Of a stretch of DNA of 64,000 nt, positions 13,701-26,665 are shown one piece after another. The notes beneath the pieces were generated by a model. That model had not been told where the DNA came from. It saw only the letters and a program-made list of their open reading frames with translations, and ran no database searches. The stretch's first letter is position 1. Each line of letters begins with the position of its first letter. The translations under genes were made by a program, and so were the position numbers. This DNA is from Balanoglossus misakiensis (Eukaryota; Animalia; Hemichordata), in NCBI GenBank assembly GCA_040954595.2, contig CM082598.2, forward strand, positions 2,666,001-2,730,000, given 5' to 3'.

Positions 13701-16640
13701 TTGTCTTGACAAAGAAGCGACACACTGCAGTAATATATTTAGCGCTGATAATACTTCTGAACCCTTATCTATCCTTAGCTACATGTCCATATGAGCCTGT
13801 GCAGTTTGGCACTCGGCCAGCTGGAATTTTGCCAACTTGGGAGGACAGTCACCTAAGGACTAGCATTCTGTTTTTATGAATGAAAACTGAAGTCATTCAG
13901 TAATCTCAGTCTTCTACGTATTTAGACTATCAGGTTACCCTTGTTACCATAGTTGCTATTCACGTGGCAACACTAGCTCAGTGCACTGAACAAGGACGAT
14001 GTAAATGTGTAGACGGCATTTAACGTATTATTCGAATTCTCACCTTCTCTCGTTCAGTCCTCTTGGACCTAGTCCAGGGGTGCTTATAGTTTGGGGTCTG
14101 TCTGTCTGTCTGTGTGTGAAAATGTATGTACGCTGCAGTCTTGGCTGAACAGATTTTGTTTGGGCCATCCATCCATCCATCCATCCATACATCCACGTGT
14201 TGATCACCCACCCACCTAGTTGCATCTCACCTGTGTCACCAAGTCTACGATGTGAATCATCATGTCCGTGCCACAACCGAGCAAGACTGCCCCCTTGTGG
14301 CGTCGTTTAGAGTGATGGTTCTCATGGTCATACTAAGCAACAACATGACGTCATTGTTGAGGATTGACCCAATGCCAATAGAAAGTTAGTTGACCAAATC
14401 CAACTGCTGTTCTGCTTGCTGTAAACCACTAAAGATCCTGGTTCTTACTAACGGCTTTCATGCGTCATTATTATTAGTAACTGACCAGTCCTGAATGTTC
14501 TGTACTAATATAAATCTATAGACAGTGTCATATTATGCGTTGCATGTACAAACGCAGGTAGTTTTTGACCTTGTACCAGTAGGTGGCTGATACTCTGTCG
14601 TCATCAATGTCTAGTTCACAAGGTTATCGCAGTTGCGTTTCTGAAAATCTCTTGTGGAAATTATGCCCTCAATCTCTGATAGACAACTCATAAGGATTGT
14701 TGGTTTCCAAACCCCCTCTCACATACTGTGTCTATTTAGTATAGTTAGCCGTGATTAGTGGATGCAAATGTATTAATTACTGGACAAGAACAGTGTGGGT
14801 CTCGTCTTCTGGTGAGGATGAAATATCAGAGCTTCTGAGCAAGATGATTAATATCTCGCTGAATGATATAAATGTCCAGGTCAAATTTAGTCGAAGGATA
14901 ATTAGGTTAGTGGAATACATGTACCGGTATGTGTGGGACTGGGACAAGGTAAGAAGTGACGTACAATGTGTGTTGAATCAGGAAACATGATCAAATCACT
15001 TGACTGATATTAGTCATGTCATCATTAGAATATAATTATGTATCAGTGCTAACAACGCAGACAATTAGGCTGTGTTGATAAGGTAAATGGACAATAAATT
15101 ATACTTCAATCACCAAACAGAAAACTGTAGTTGATAAGCAACACTGAAATACTGCGAGTATAGTTGTGACTGATTTTTTCTGGTGAAAATTAGTTATAAC
15201 TTTCATATAAGTATAACCGAGGTCTTTGTAATAATATTTCTGCACTAATTATTGCCAACAACTCCACCGTAAATGGCTAGAGGTTATTTTTAGAAAAAAT
15301 AATTTATATGTATGGTATGTCATACTGGAAGTCTTAGCTAGAAGTGCCGTTATAATTTTTCAGAAAATGATACAGGTATCCCAGTACATGTACAGCACAC
15401 AGTAGATGGAGCTGGCCCGATTCTATCACAGCCAAAGAAGTGGGACAGTGGTGTTTTGACAAATATTTTATGAATGGCTATTACTCATCCATGTATTGAC
15501 CAAATCAGAACTGATTGCAACAGCCCTATTTTTAAACACCACTTCCGTTTGCAGTTAGTACCATCTGATCCTGTCCGGACTGTGTGAAGCTATTAAAAAA
15601 ATCCCTTTGTCAGTGACAAACATTTTCAGTTGTCATATTCTATTAGGAATGACACTAAAGTACGTGTACAGTACTGTGGTTCCTTACCCATCAAACATTT
15701 TACAGAACACTGACAATTTCTTCCCCTACATGGCCAAATAGTGTTAACCTGCATACTGAGAGAATCATAGGATTAAGTTATATAGCAGTAAAACTAGCCT
15801 AATGTACTAGCCATTAAAAGTGTATTAATTTTTAATGTTTTACTTTACCATGATCGTAGATGATTACTAATTTTCCTGGTTCACTGGGCTGTACTGTACC
15901 ATACATGTAGTTTGGTCTGAATCCATTGTTTCCTATGGTAAGATAAGACATCTATAGATGGAACTAGGGGTGAAAGGGTTAAGAGCCATTTGTGCCTTAC
16001 TTGTAGGTGGGGTAGATTATACTGAAGTATAGTATTTTTGTGTGATTTCTGTACATTGATGAAGTGATTTTATATAATATATTGTTGGGGTATGAAAGTA
16101 AACTATGATTCTGAAAAAGTTAATCTACACAAACTCATACATGTACATTTTATTGTATGGAAACAAAAATTCAGACACTGTTTGCCTGGTTGAGTTAAAT
16201 GCTGTTGTGTGGCACTTCTATTGACCTTTTCTGACAACTAAGGCTACATCCTCACATCACTCCCTTCATTTATGTCAGCTTTAATTGGTTTTTATGATTA
16301 GATTTATTGCAGGACAACTTGTACAATTTATAGGGGGTACACATACACGCAAACATAATAAATTGACAACAATGAAACTAAATGTTCACCTGTAATCTGC
16401 AGTTAGGAAGAGGATCATCATTATACAGTGGGTGGCCTGACCTTGTTGACCTTTAAAACAACCTTAACCATGTCTTTCATGTTGGCATGGAAGTGAACTC
16501 ACAGACTAGCCATCCAGGAAATACATACCAGCAGATTCCCCTTTGTATAGTATGGTCTGTCAGTCTATGTGTGTCTACCAGTATATATATGTACGTATGT
16601 GTTTGTTCAATGATGGATGAATTCAACTTGTTGTGTGAGT

Positions 16641-16770
16641 ATGTATGTATGTATGTATGTATGTATGTATGTATGTATGTATGTATGCATGTATGCATGT
16701 ATGCATGTATGCATGTATGTATGTATGTATGCATGTATGTATGTACGTCTGTCTGTCTGTCTGTCTGGGT
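16641..16770. repeat. (TATG)n/(TCTG)n compound microsatellite
   Basis: Read directly; explains the spurious MYVC/HTYI ORFs. Confidence 0.95.
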
Positions 16771-19700
16771 ATTTATGTGAGTGTGTGCGCATGCGTGAGT
16801 GCATTTGTGTGTCAAAGTACAATCAATCCACTGGTGTTATTCCAAAAAGTGCCAAAGTACAGTTGTAAGAGTTACAGTTTAAACGTGTTACAGGCTATTA
16901 TTATCTACATACTGTACAAATTTAATAAATCAAAAAGAACAGAAGTGTTGTTCGCATATTCATATCTGCCGCCATTCCCAATAACCCCCCCCCCCCCCCA
17001 GTTCTTTGCATTTAACAAACTTATAGTTTCATATTGGTTTTGTGACCTGGTGGGAGCATAGGTTTGAGGGAAATTAACTGAGCGCAAACAGAGAAGATTA
17101 CTAATATCATAATGTTGCTGCCATGAATCTTGATTATCATATGATGAGCTGTTGATGAGAATGACAGCATGTTTGTTAATTACCTCAGTCCTGAAGGCAA
17201 CCTGAAAACTCCTGAAAGTGCAGGTTTGTTTTGGAACTCGCCAGTGATTAGATGTGCATTATACAGACTCCAGCGGCAGTAAATGATGTTGATGTTGCAC
17301 GCGTTCACGGACAGTAAAATTCCCATTATTCGCACGCTTGACTGGTCAGCGTCTGCCGGTCGGACACGTCTGATCGTCGTAGCAACTGCAAATTGATAAT
17401 AATGCAGGGAATCATGCCATCAGATGGGCATCTGGCATCACAGACAGCGGAGAGATGTATTCATGGGAAAATGGGAAAATTCACGGTTACACAGGAATGC
17501 TCATCGGCGACGGTGTGCCACGTCACTCAAATATCGCTCCCAGGTTGGAGGATCCATGAGAACGATGAAATTATCCAGAGTGATCACTTCTCCTTCATGA
17601 TGTATCCCCGTGAGAACGTAAACCATTCTGTGAGAACGTAAATGTTATACTCTTCTCTGGTTTACAGAAATTTTACATTCAGATGATCTCCGAGTGTTCA
17701 TTTGTACATGAACAATATTTAAAGTCCATAGAAATTCTGCTAATTTAAGGGCTCAGAAATTCTAAAATCCCAGAAAATGTATGAATAATTTTTAAGTAAA
17801 ATGTGGACAATATCAAGAATTTTTGCCCTCTGATGAATGACGTAGTTTATCTTTTATATCAGAGCTTGTTTCACTGCAGCTATTTTCCTGCAAATTATGA
17901 AAATACTTTTTATTATCGCGTATTTTGTCGAAGTTCGCAAAAATTTATTGTTCACAAAAATTTCTTGCTTTTTAGTATCATGTTTTTCAATACTTAATAG
18001 CAGCTAGTAATCAGAAACACACTGTAAACACTGTCCGCTGCATTTACACCCGAAACAAAAATGATATGAAATGTATTTATAAACTGTGATTCATTGCTGA
18101 TAAACACATCGCGTGTTAGACACAGACAAAAATTTCACAGGTAGATTGACAAGTGAATGTGGTAATTTACATGATATATATGTATCACAAGGCTACTGCA
18201 TACCAGTATGTCTTTGTTGGCCTGATAGTTTAAGGTACAAGAATGAAAACCTTTTAAAAACATTGTACAAGGATTATGATTATGATTCTATGTTTTCAGG
18301 AAATTTAACAAAGTAACCATTGTATATATCCAAAATCATGTTGTATGTTGAAATTTATCCTGAATTTTTGTTGACATTGGATTCATTTTATCGCAGTTAC
18401 AAGTTCACGGTCTTCCACCTAAATCATTTCCTGTTTGTTCTTTTACATATTTCTGGTTTATCCCGTTATCGTATATTTGCAGTAAAAATTGATTGTCTGT
18501 TTTCGCTTCAGATTTTCCAACAAGTTTGGGCAAGTTTAAGGTCATTGTTTTTATGGTCATTTTATGAAGCTCAGTTTAAAACTAAGTCTTAACACTGGAC
18601 GTGATGTCACAGTCCCGCTGTCACTAGTCAATAGACATCTAAAAGTTATGGCAGGGCCTTTGGCTCGCGAATATTTCAAACAATGTGGTTGTTACTTTAT
18701 ATTACGTTGTACTACATCATGGCAAACAATAGGTCGTTACTTTTTATCACATCTCCAAGTTACTGTCATATATCATATATTGGTCCCCGGCGGGGTTTTT
18801 CCTGAACAGTTGGAACATTAATACAGATAGTGTGTTTATAAACAATAAAGTCGCACAGGTAAAGGTCAGACGACCTTCCCCTTAAGCTGATGTGGTACCG
18901 ATATAGTTAGCGTTAAAGGAAAGTAAGTGTGAGGTCCAGAGATTAGTAGGGGCTGAAATGACACCACTGTCTTATTGGTCTTATGAAGGAAGTAATTTCA
19001 GCGGTATTTGGATGCAAATTTTCTGTAACTGATTTCATCGAACGTCACTTCTCCAGTGGGGACTGTGTCATCAACAATGACTATTTTATCAGCAGTCATC
19101 AATGGATACGAATGGTTTCTTTTAAATTAGATATGAGGTGGCTGCTTGTACAGGAAGTATGAATATCAAAGCAGGTAACTTAGAGCTAGTATCAGAAATA
19201 ACTGTGACTGCATTTCATGTATTGAATATGTTCGATAGGATTATTGCGTGACAGGTGTAGTTGTGTAAACAGTAAAAATTATGTGTATTTTTTAAGGTCA
19301 GGGGTAAAATAATATTAAATAAATCATATTGTTCTCAAAATATTGGTAAAAAAAACCCTGAAGAATTTCTTTTCCCACATCACGCAATCTGGACTTCAGT
19401 TCACTAAGCTGACAGAACTGTAAATCGACTGGATAAAAAGGTAAAAAATTGGAAATAGCAAAGTGAATATGAAAAATGTACAGTTTTGTGATGAAACTGT
19501 ACATTTGTGATTAAAACATTTTAAAAATTGAGAAACGCTTAAAATGAGTCATAGAAATATCCACTTGTGAAAGTAGAAACTAGACCAGATTCTGTGCATT
19601 GTTTGTTTTCGAGGATTATTTTGATGGTGTTGAATTTGCATACAAAGGAGTTGTGACCTTGACCTAAAATAATCCTAAGCTATGGTTTAGAATGCTGGGT

Positions 19701-19789
19701 GTAGTCATTGTTCAGTTATACCTGATATATCAATGAAATCACTTGCCATAAACAGGCCTGTCAATCAAATGCTAATGAGGATAATCAGC

Positions 19790-20194
19790 CCACATCCTCC
19801 AATCGGATATCCAGCAGCGTTAATGGCAGTCTGACTCCGCCTACTATTTACTTGTTGTGATCTATATGCAAATTAAGCAGGAAATCAGTTCCTGTAAACC
19901 AATAGTAGACCAGGAAAATTTCCCACTCCTCCGAATATGGAGATACCTGCCAAATTAGGAAAATGATTCATGCTTCAGGATTCTCATTAACGACTTGGCA
20001 CAATAGGCAGTTGTGTGGACCAGGTAAAGTGATGGGATTGTGAATAAAAAAGAGAATATTTTCATCTCATTATGATGATGACATGTGGTGGTGAGTACTA
20101 CTATATAAAGAAGGCAAAAACAAAATTGAAAACAAAAAGACGAGAACTTTCGTTGGACTAACCCAGAAAAGGTGCTTACTGTAACAAGGTAGGA
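19790..20194 (+). promoter_or_regulatory. Candidate alternative TATA promoter and short non-coding exon of Bak
   Basis: CCAAT at 19799 and 19899, octamer ATGCAAAT 19866, kB-like GGAAAATTTCCC 19913, TATATAAAG 20102, donor AAG|gtagga at 20188/20189. Confidence 0.4.
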
Positions 20195-21549
20195 AACAAA
20201 GGAAATAATTGTCTTTAATTACTTAATGTAACAATGTAACATCAGAGGTGAACTTATAACCAGAGGAATACTTTTTTTGTATTCAACATGAGATTGAGGA
20301 ATAGTTCAATATTTCCATTGTAAACGAAAATAGAGATGTCATCATCTTACGTGTATGTTTAAGAACAAAGTATCTGAAATAACTCTAAATCCTGTTTTGA
20401 TGTTTTAATCTCACTTGTACAATTCATTCGACTGTTCTGTGGAGATCAAAACTTTATAAAAGTCTTTGTTATTTTCCAAAGTTGAATAATTGTATTTGTC
20501 ACAGTACACAATGCAAAACCTGGTAGAATTTATTTACGTCAAACATGAACCTTAAACTGAGAAAAACGGTGATAAATGTGTTGACAGAGGTAAAAATCTT
20601 TTCCTGTTTTGTAAATGATAGTTGTGTTTAGTTCTAGTAACAGTTGCTAATATTCCTAAAATACAATCATTATTGTAAGGAAGCTAAGTATTGACCAATG
20701 ATACAAGTTCCGTAGTTCTGTGAAAAGACACTGGTCCCGGTGGTTCTAGAAATTCGAACAATAGAGGAGATAGACATTTTTATCTGTGCTTGTAGATTAT
20801 CTCTCCTTAACACTTCAACAGTTGATAAAACTGGCAGACAGGTCAGAGTACCACATCAACTCTACATAAAAGTATGTTCCAGTGATGTTCAGTTACGAGT
20901 ATGCCTGCACAGGGAAAGCGCCCCCTGTGGTGAAGTTAGTTTTTTCCTTCTAATCGTGTTTCATTTTGAAGGCCAGAACTTGGTTAACAAAAAAACTTGT
21001 ACCGACATGTTTGTGATCACTGCTATGCTGAAAATCCGTGTGAATAAATATTTGTGTATATTGATATTTTTGTGGAATACATTGTTTCAGAGAAAGCTGC
21101 TCTTTTTTGTGGTACAGGTTCATGGAGATTGAAGTTGAAAGTCAATAATTTTCCTCAAGTTCACGACAAGGTCATACAGTCATATAACATGTCAGTGAGG
21201 TGAAAACACAATAGTGAATGCATTTTATGAGATTATGGTCATAAATTCGACAATGAATGTAAAAGTACTGGGTCTATTTTCACTGTGATTGGCTGGATCG
21301 CAATTTACCATGGTAACTGTAGCTAATTTTCCATAGGTAGAACCTCTATAAATTGAACACCTCCGCAAACTGAACATCGGGAAGATGCTTAGCACTCTTG
21401 TCATTTTCTGCCACCTCGAACGGTACAGTGAACTGATACACTCTTTAGTGTTGAACTTGTGATTATGTCTGCTATTTTGGAGTCTCATATATAAATCATA
21501 CACTCTTTTTTTGACGCACAGAAAACCCAGGGTGAGAGAGGGAAGAACA

Positions 21550-23877
21550 ATGGCCAGTAACAGGCCTTCCATGAGTACAACGGAGACGGAGTTGCCTCCT
21601 GACACCGAGGAAAATGTGCAGGAACAAACCGAGAGCATTGTCCGGAATTTCATGTTCCAGAGATTCCAAACGGAATTCCAGAAGGACAACGAGACACCGT
21701 CAGTGCCGGAATTACAAGGATTTACGACCAATCCGCTGAGGTAGGTTGAAATTCAAATGCACCACGGTATAAATTGATTCATGTAGGTGAAATGGACCTC
21801 GAAATATATGTAGTCAAACCTGTCTATAGTGGCTAGTCAAGGGACTTTCCTAAACTGGCCATTATAGATGTAATACAAAGTAACAACCACATTGTTTGCA
21901 ATGATGTACATTGTAGCAGTTACACTACAGTGTAATACAAAGTAACAACCACATTGTTTGCAAGATGTACATTGTAGCAGTTACACTACAGTGTAATACA
22001 AAGTAACAACCACATTGTTTGCAATGATGTACATTGTAGCAGTTACACTACAATGTAATACAAAGTAACAATCACAATGTTTGAAATGATGTACATTGTA
22101 GCAGTTACACTTTGCGCCTACTTTGATTTTAGCAATGGTGTCATTGGGACGACCCCCACTCTTTAAAGTCCTGACTACCCCAGCATTTTCTTTATTTATC
22201 TGTTTATTTATTTACTTATTTATTTTGCAGCAGTTCATATTCACAGAATACCTTTGAACACTCAGAAAAATTATCTACAAATTATGGAAGGTATTGAATG
22301 TATAAACCATTCTCATGTTTGACACTTTTATTGGTAAAATGCTATTATGAACACAAGATTGTTTTAGTCCATTAACAGCAACAGCGAGAACTTAGCAGAA
22401 GATGTCACCATTGCAATGTGCACATGTTGAATGTCGAATCAGCATGATAGTGTAGGTTTGTTATGCACTGTCATTCTGTACACATAATGTCACAGTTATA
22501 AGTACAGGAAATGCTTTTGTTTATAGCTGGACAACATGATTTTCATCACTCACCTAGGTAGCAAAAACCTATTTAAGGTAGCGAGAATTGGCAAGTGTGT
22601 TGTCCAACAAACAATGGTATTTACTGTAAATAGGAGTGTGTGTTTGTTTCCCCTTTAACCCTTGCACTTTCTTTCTGAACAGATGATCAAGCTCCCCGAC
22701 GAGAAACAGTTACCAGCACTGCAAATAATTACCTCCAACTACTAACAATCTTATAGTTGTCATTTCCGTGGTATGAAAATAATCCGTCATATGTCTTTTG
22801 TCTGCACATAGTCCAACATCTCAAGTCGGAAGACGACTGGCACAGATTGGAGACGACATCAACGCTCGCTATTCCGGAGAATTCCGAGGAATGATCCGGG
22901 CACTGGATATCACACCATCGACGGCGTATGAACACTTTGCGAACATCGCCCGGAAGTAGGTCAATCTTTTTTATATGAAAGGGTTGTTCTCTTAACCCTT
23001 TCACCCCCCAGTTCCCTCTTTAGCGGTCCAAGCGTACCATAGAAAACAATGGGTTTGGACTGAGCCATGGTCGTGAAATCAAAGAAGTACTTGCTATATT
23101 TTGTCGGTTGCTAAATCAAACACTTTGATATTTTCATTGCTGTGAGATAACTGATTTGTTGTAGTATTGTGTCTTTCTTCATTACAGAATCTTCACTGAT
23201 GGCATTAACTGGGGACGAATTGTAGCACTTCTTATGTTTGGATTTAGAATAGCAATGGACGTTATACAAAAAGGATTCAAGAGTTTCTTCAATAAAGTAG
23301 TCACATTTGTAGTGAAATTTATAATTGGTGAACGGATCGCTGCTTGGATCGCAAGACAAGGTGGCTGGGTAAGTTTGATTCATTTGCACCAGTCCATATT
23401 TTGGCAGTGTTTACTTAATTTGTAGAGATAATAAGCATCTTCCATGAAAAATGACCATTAATTATCACCTACCATTGGATAGAATACTGTACTAAACAAA
23501 CTGTACCAGTGTTTGCATAAAAATTGCTTCTAAGGTTTCTCCCATAGAGTTAACATGGAGATTGGCGGCCATTTTGAATGACAAATTTGGCGGCCATTTT
23601 GAATGTCACATTTGGCGGCCATTTTGCATGTACTTAGAATCTAACCATAAAAACGATACCTTATTTTATATCAACATAAAGATTATTGTATATTATATGT
23701 GATCCAGGATAGGTTATTATTTTTGTATCAAATTAAACATTAGTTGTTTTTTGGTTGATTTTTTAGGCTGCGGCTCTTTACTATCAACTTGAAGAACCAG
23801 GCTGGAAGGCAGTGGGTGTAGTCCTTGTCATAGCAGCTATCTCAACTGTCGCAGTTATTTCATTAGCCCGAAGATAA
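21550..23877 (+). CDS. BAK1: Bcl-2 homologous antagonist/killer (Bak), 208 aa
   Basis: Exons 21550-21740 (exon starts 21522), 22812-22955 (144 nt), 23188-23368 (181 nt), 23767-23877; 627 nt open. BH3 SQVGRRLAQIGDDINARY (human Bak GQVGRQLAIIGDDINRRY), BH1 FTDGINWGRIVALLMFG, BH2 IAAWIARQGGW, TM AVGVVLVIAAISTVAVISLARR. The 144/181-nt exons and phases match human BAK1 as I recall it. Confidence 0.95.
21869..22111. repeat. ~62-bp minisatellite, ~4 copies, in Bak intron
   Basis: Unit tgtaatacaaagtaacaaccacattgtttgcaatgatgtacattgtagcagttacactacag starts at 21869, 21931, 21992, 22054. Confidence 0.92.
23562..23630. repeat. Three short tandem copies of ttggcggccattttg
   Basis: Read directly in the last Bak intron; probably internal repeats of a decayed non-autonomous DNA transposon. 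Confidence 0.7.
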
Positions 23878-24245
23878 CCCCTCTTCTTGACGCAACTGAA
23901 CTCATGGATTTTAAAATATTTATTCTGACACGAAAACAAACTTCATATGTGTAGCTTGGTAGACGTTATTTTCTGTGGTTGGATGATCTGGGAAGGCAGG
24001 GGGTGATGTTTGTGCTGTGTGCAAGAGATTCTGTAACGAATATGACATTGGCATGTATGTAGTCCTGTAATCATGCAAAGTTGTTGTTTGTCAGTAACCA
24101 TGGAGACAAAGCAGCTGGTTTATATTTGCTCTCTGAACTGAGCTTGAAACTGAAGTCCTGGTTATCATTGCATCCTAATGGTCTTTTATTTCACCTCTGT
24201 TAATAATTGGAAAACAGACAACTTCTATCCCACTTGTAGACACAA

Positions 24246-24457
24246 GAGTGAAAATCTTGCCAAAATGAATAACCAGTCTCTACCGTTTATTCATTTTGGT
24301 GAGATTTTTACTCTCATATCCTACAAACAGGATGGAAGTTGTGTGTGGTCGAACATTGATTCACTATATGCCCACATGTAGAATAACATAAATGGTGTCT
24401 TGTATCTAACATAATTAATGGAATAAGGGCAGCGAGAGAGACACTTTGTCCCTTTAA
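24246..24457 (+). mobile_element. Half of a TTAA-flanked (Kolobok-like) palindromic MITE, in presumed Bak 3' UTR
   Basis: Homologous to 48134-48349 (same orientation) and 39360-39546 (arm inverted). Ends ctttgtccct-TTAA; contains hairpin gccaaaatgaataa...ttattcattttggt. Confidence 0.75.
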
Positions 24458-26573
24458 ACAAAACATTGAAGAAGCTGTTCTTTTTGTCTGCTTATTACAC
24501 AAATATAATCCATGGTACTAAATCACTACAGTTATTCAAAGTGCTTTGCTTGAAAAATGTTAAGTGCCTGAGTTTTAGTTAGATCTTTTACTTGTCAAAA
24601 TATAAAGTACACTGTTTTCAAAGAATTCAATTACTGTCACTAATGATGTACACTTTTAGCACACAACCCAGTTATTACTGGTCCTGATCATTTTTGATAA
24701 TTCATCTTGGCAGTTTTTTAAAAGTGAATAGCAAGTGTCATTTTTGATGTGACGACTTCATCCTGGGTGTTTATCACCCTTAGTTTTTTTTCCACCCTCC
24801 TGTTACGGTTGGTTAGAGAACGGACAAGCGTCTGGCGGGCAAATGTGTTGGGGAAACTGTTCTGAAACTACTCTCTGTGTGTTTTGTACATTTTCTGTGA
24901 TTGCCGTAAGGGTATTCGAAAAATTACAGTGGTTTGCAAAATCTTGATTGTAGTGTGCAGGTTTACATAAAGGAATTGTGTATTGTCTGACTGTTCCACT
25001 GCCATCTCTCACCACTTTTTTTCAACTGTATCTCTTTCTGAATATATTTAACTTGCCTTGCCTGAATAGTCAAGATCGTTCAAGGTGGCATATGGTTAAA
25101 ATTGGACTAATGGTGTAGCGCCCCCTACTGGTAATGTCATCTTTCCCTTAAACCACATAGCCTCAAGCAATCTATTGGATTAACTCGAATTTTAAACTTA
25201 GCATCAAAATACAGCAATTTTTTCCCTCCTTTAATAGTAAAATGAACAATTTTTGGTACAAAATAATTGCGGCAGTAATGTCAAAGCAAGAAGAATTTCA
25301 AAGAGAATGTCTTAACTTCACTTTTCCCTTGTTGAAATGTTTGAACATAATGAATTTTGATATTTCTTGATTACATACTTATAAAGTCAGTGAGGTAACA
25401 GTGGATATGCTACAGTTGCTGTGAGCAGCTGCGTTTTTGGCAGGTGAAGTGATATGAATCTCAAATCGGACACTATGCAGCGTAATAGTTTTAAAAATTT
25501 GTCAATCGATATTTGCCATTTTTTTCTTTCTGTGTTTCAACTGCAGTGTTGGTTTTCTGTGTTGTTTTAATGAAAGGGAGGGGTTCAGGGGAAGTTACTT
25601 CAAGGACAGTTGAAAATTCCCTTTGTTAAATCCTACCAAAACGATGTGGAAGTTATTTCGGAATAGAACTTATCAGTAATTGTGTACTTGTGTACTCTTA
25701 TGATTTCGTCAGATAGGTTTTATCATTACCACTTCTCTGTGTGTAGTTCTGTAGTTTATATCATTTAGGCTTCGTACGACTTCCCGAAAAAAGATCAAAT
25801 ATTTTAAAGTCTTAGACTTGACTGCTATTGGTTTGACCATAACTTTTATTATAGAAGGAGGAGTGAAAAGTGTTTTGGTCACTTTTGTTTCATATGTGGT
25901 ACATGTACATCATTATGTTGTTTTGGAAGTGTGAGGCATTTTGCTGATTTTGTACAAAATAGTGGTGTTAGACTGGAAATATGGGATGGTAAGTGCAACC
26001 TTATCATTAAAACTTACTAATGGGTGCAGTTATGAGGAGAGTCAGAAGTAAGTTTGTGGTTTTTTGCCCCCTTAGCATTTGTGATGTGAAGGTATGATTG
26101 CATGCTTTGTTTTCAAAATGGCTGCTAATTCTGACCTTTGACATTGTGTAGTGCATCCTGGGATAATTGATATCATCATTGTCAATGAACTTCGTTGAAT
26201 AATAGAAATCCAGGATGCTTGAACATGGAAATGTTCTGCCTTCAAGATTACCAATCTGTAGTTTAATTGAGTTTATAATTACTTTTTGAAATCATACGCT
26301 TACAAAACTTATATCGGCATTGTGCTTCATTCTTTGTGAGCTTAATGGGGAATTTATTAATAGTCATTAATTTATTAATTATGACAGCTACATTGAATAA
26401 TTATGTCGTGTTAAACTATGATCAGTGCATGTACATATTAAGTGTACTCTGTCTTTTTGTGTACATATTAAAGAATAGAGTCGACAGACAACAAGTTTCA
26501 GTGTCTGGGTCAACTGTTCTCACGCATGCGTATGAACGATGGCTGCGTCCTCTGTGGTAATAAGGCACCATGC

Positions 26574-26581
26574 TATAAATA
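26574..26581 (+). promoter_or_regulatory. TATA box of hydroxylase-like gene
   Basis: TATAAATA about 90 nt upstream of ATG 26666 and the first donor (G|gtaagt 26687/26688). Confidence 0.5.
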
Positions 26582-26665
26582 GGCAAAGGTTTATTTTTAT
26601 TTTACTTTGTATATTGTTAAAATGACGCGCACTTTAGGCAAGGCTATAGTATTAGCGCGACCTGA

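Noticed and set aside
16477-17061. Overlapping ORFs with MYVC/HTYI repeats (also 57242-57599)
   Set aside because: Translations of (TATG)n microsatellites.
21225-21731. 168-aa minus-strand ORF
   Set aside because: Antisense to the first Bak coding exon; no independent support.
21869-22111. Regularly spaced repeats resembling a CRISPR array
   Set aside because: Head-to-tail units with no unique spacers, inside a eukaryotic intron.
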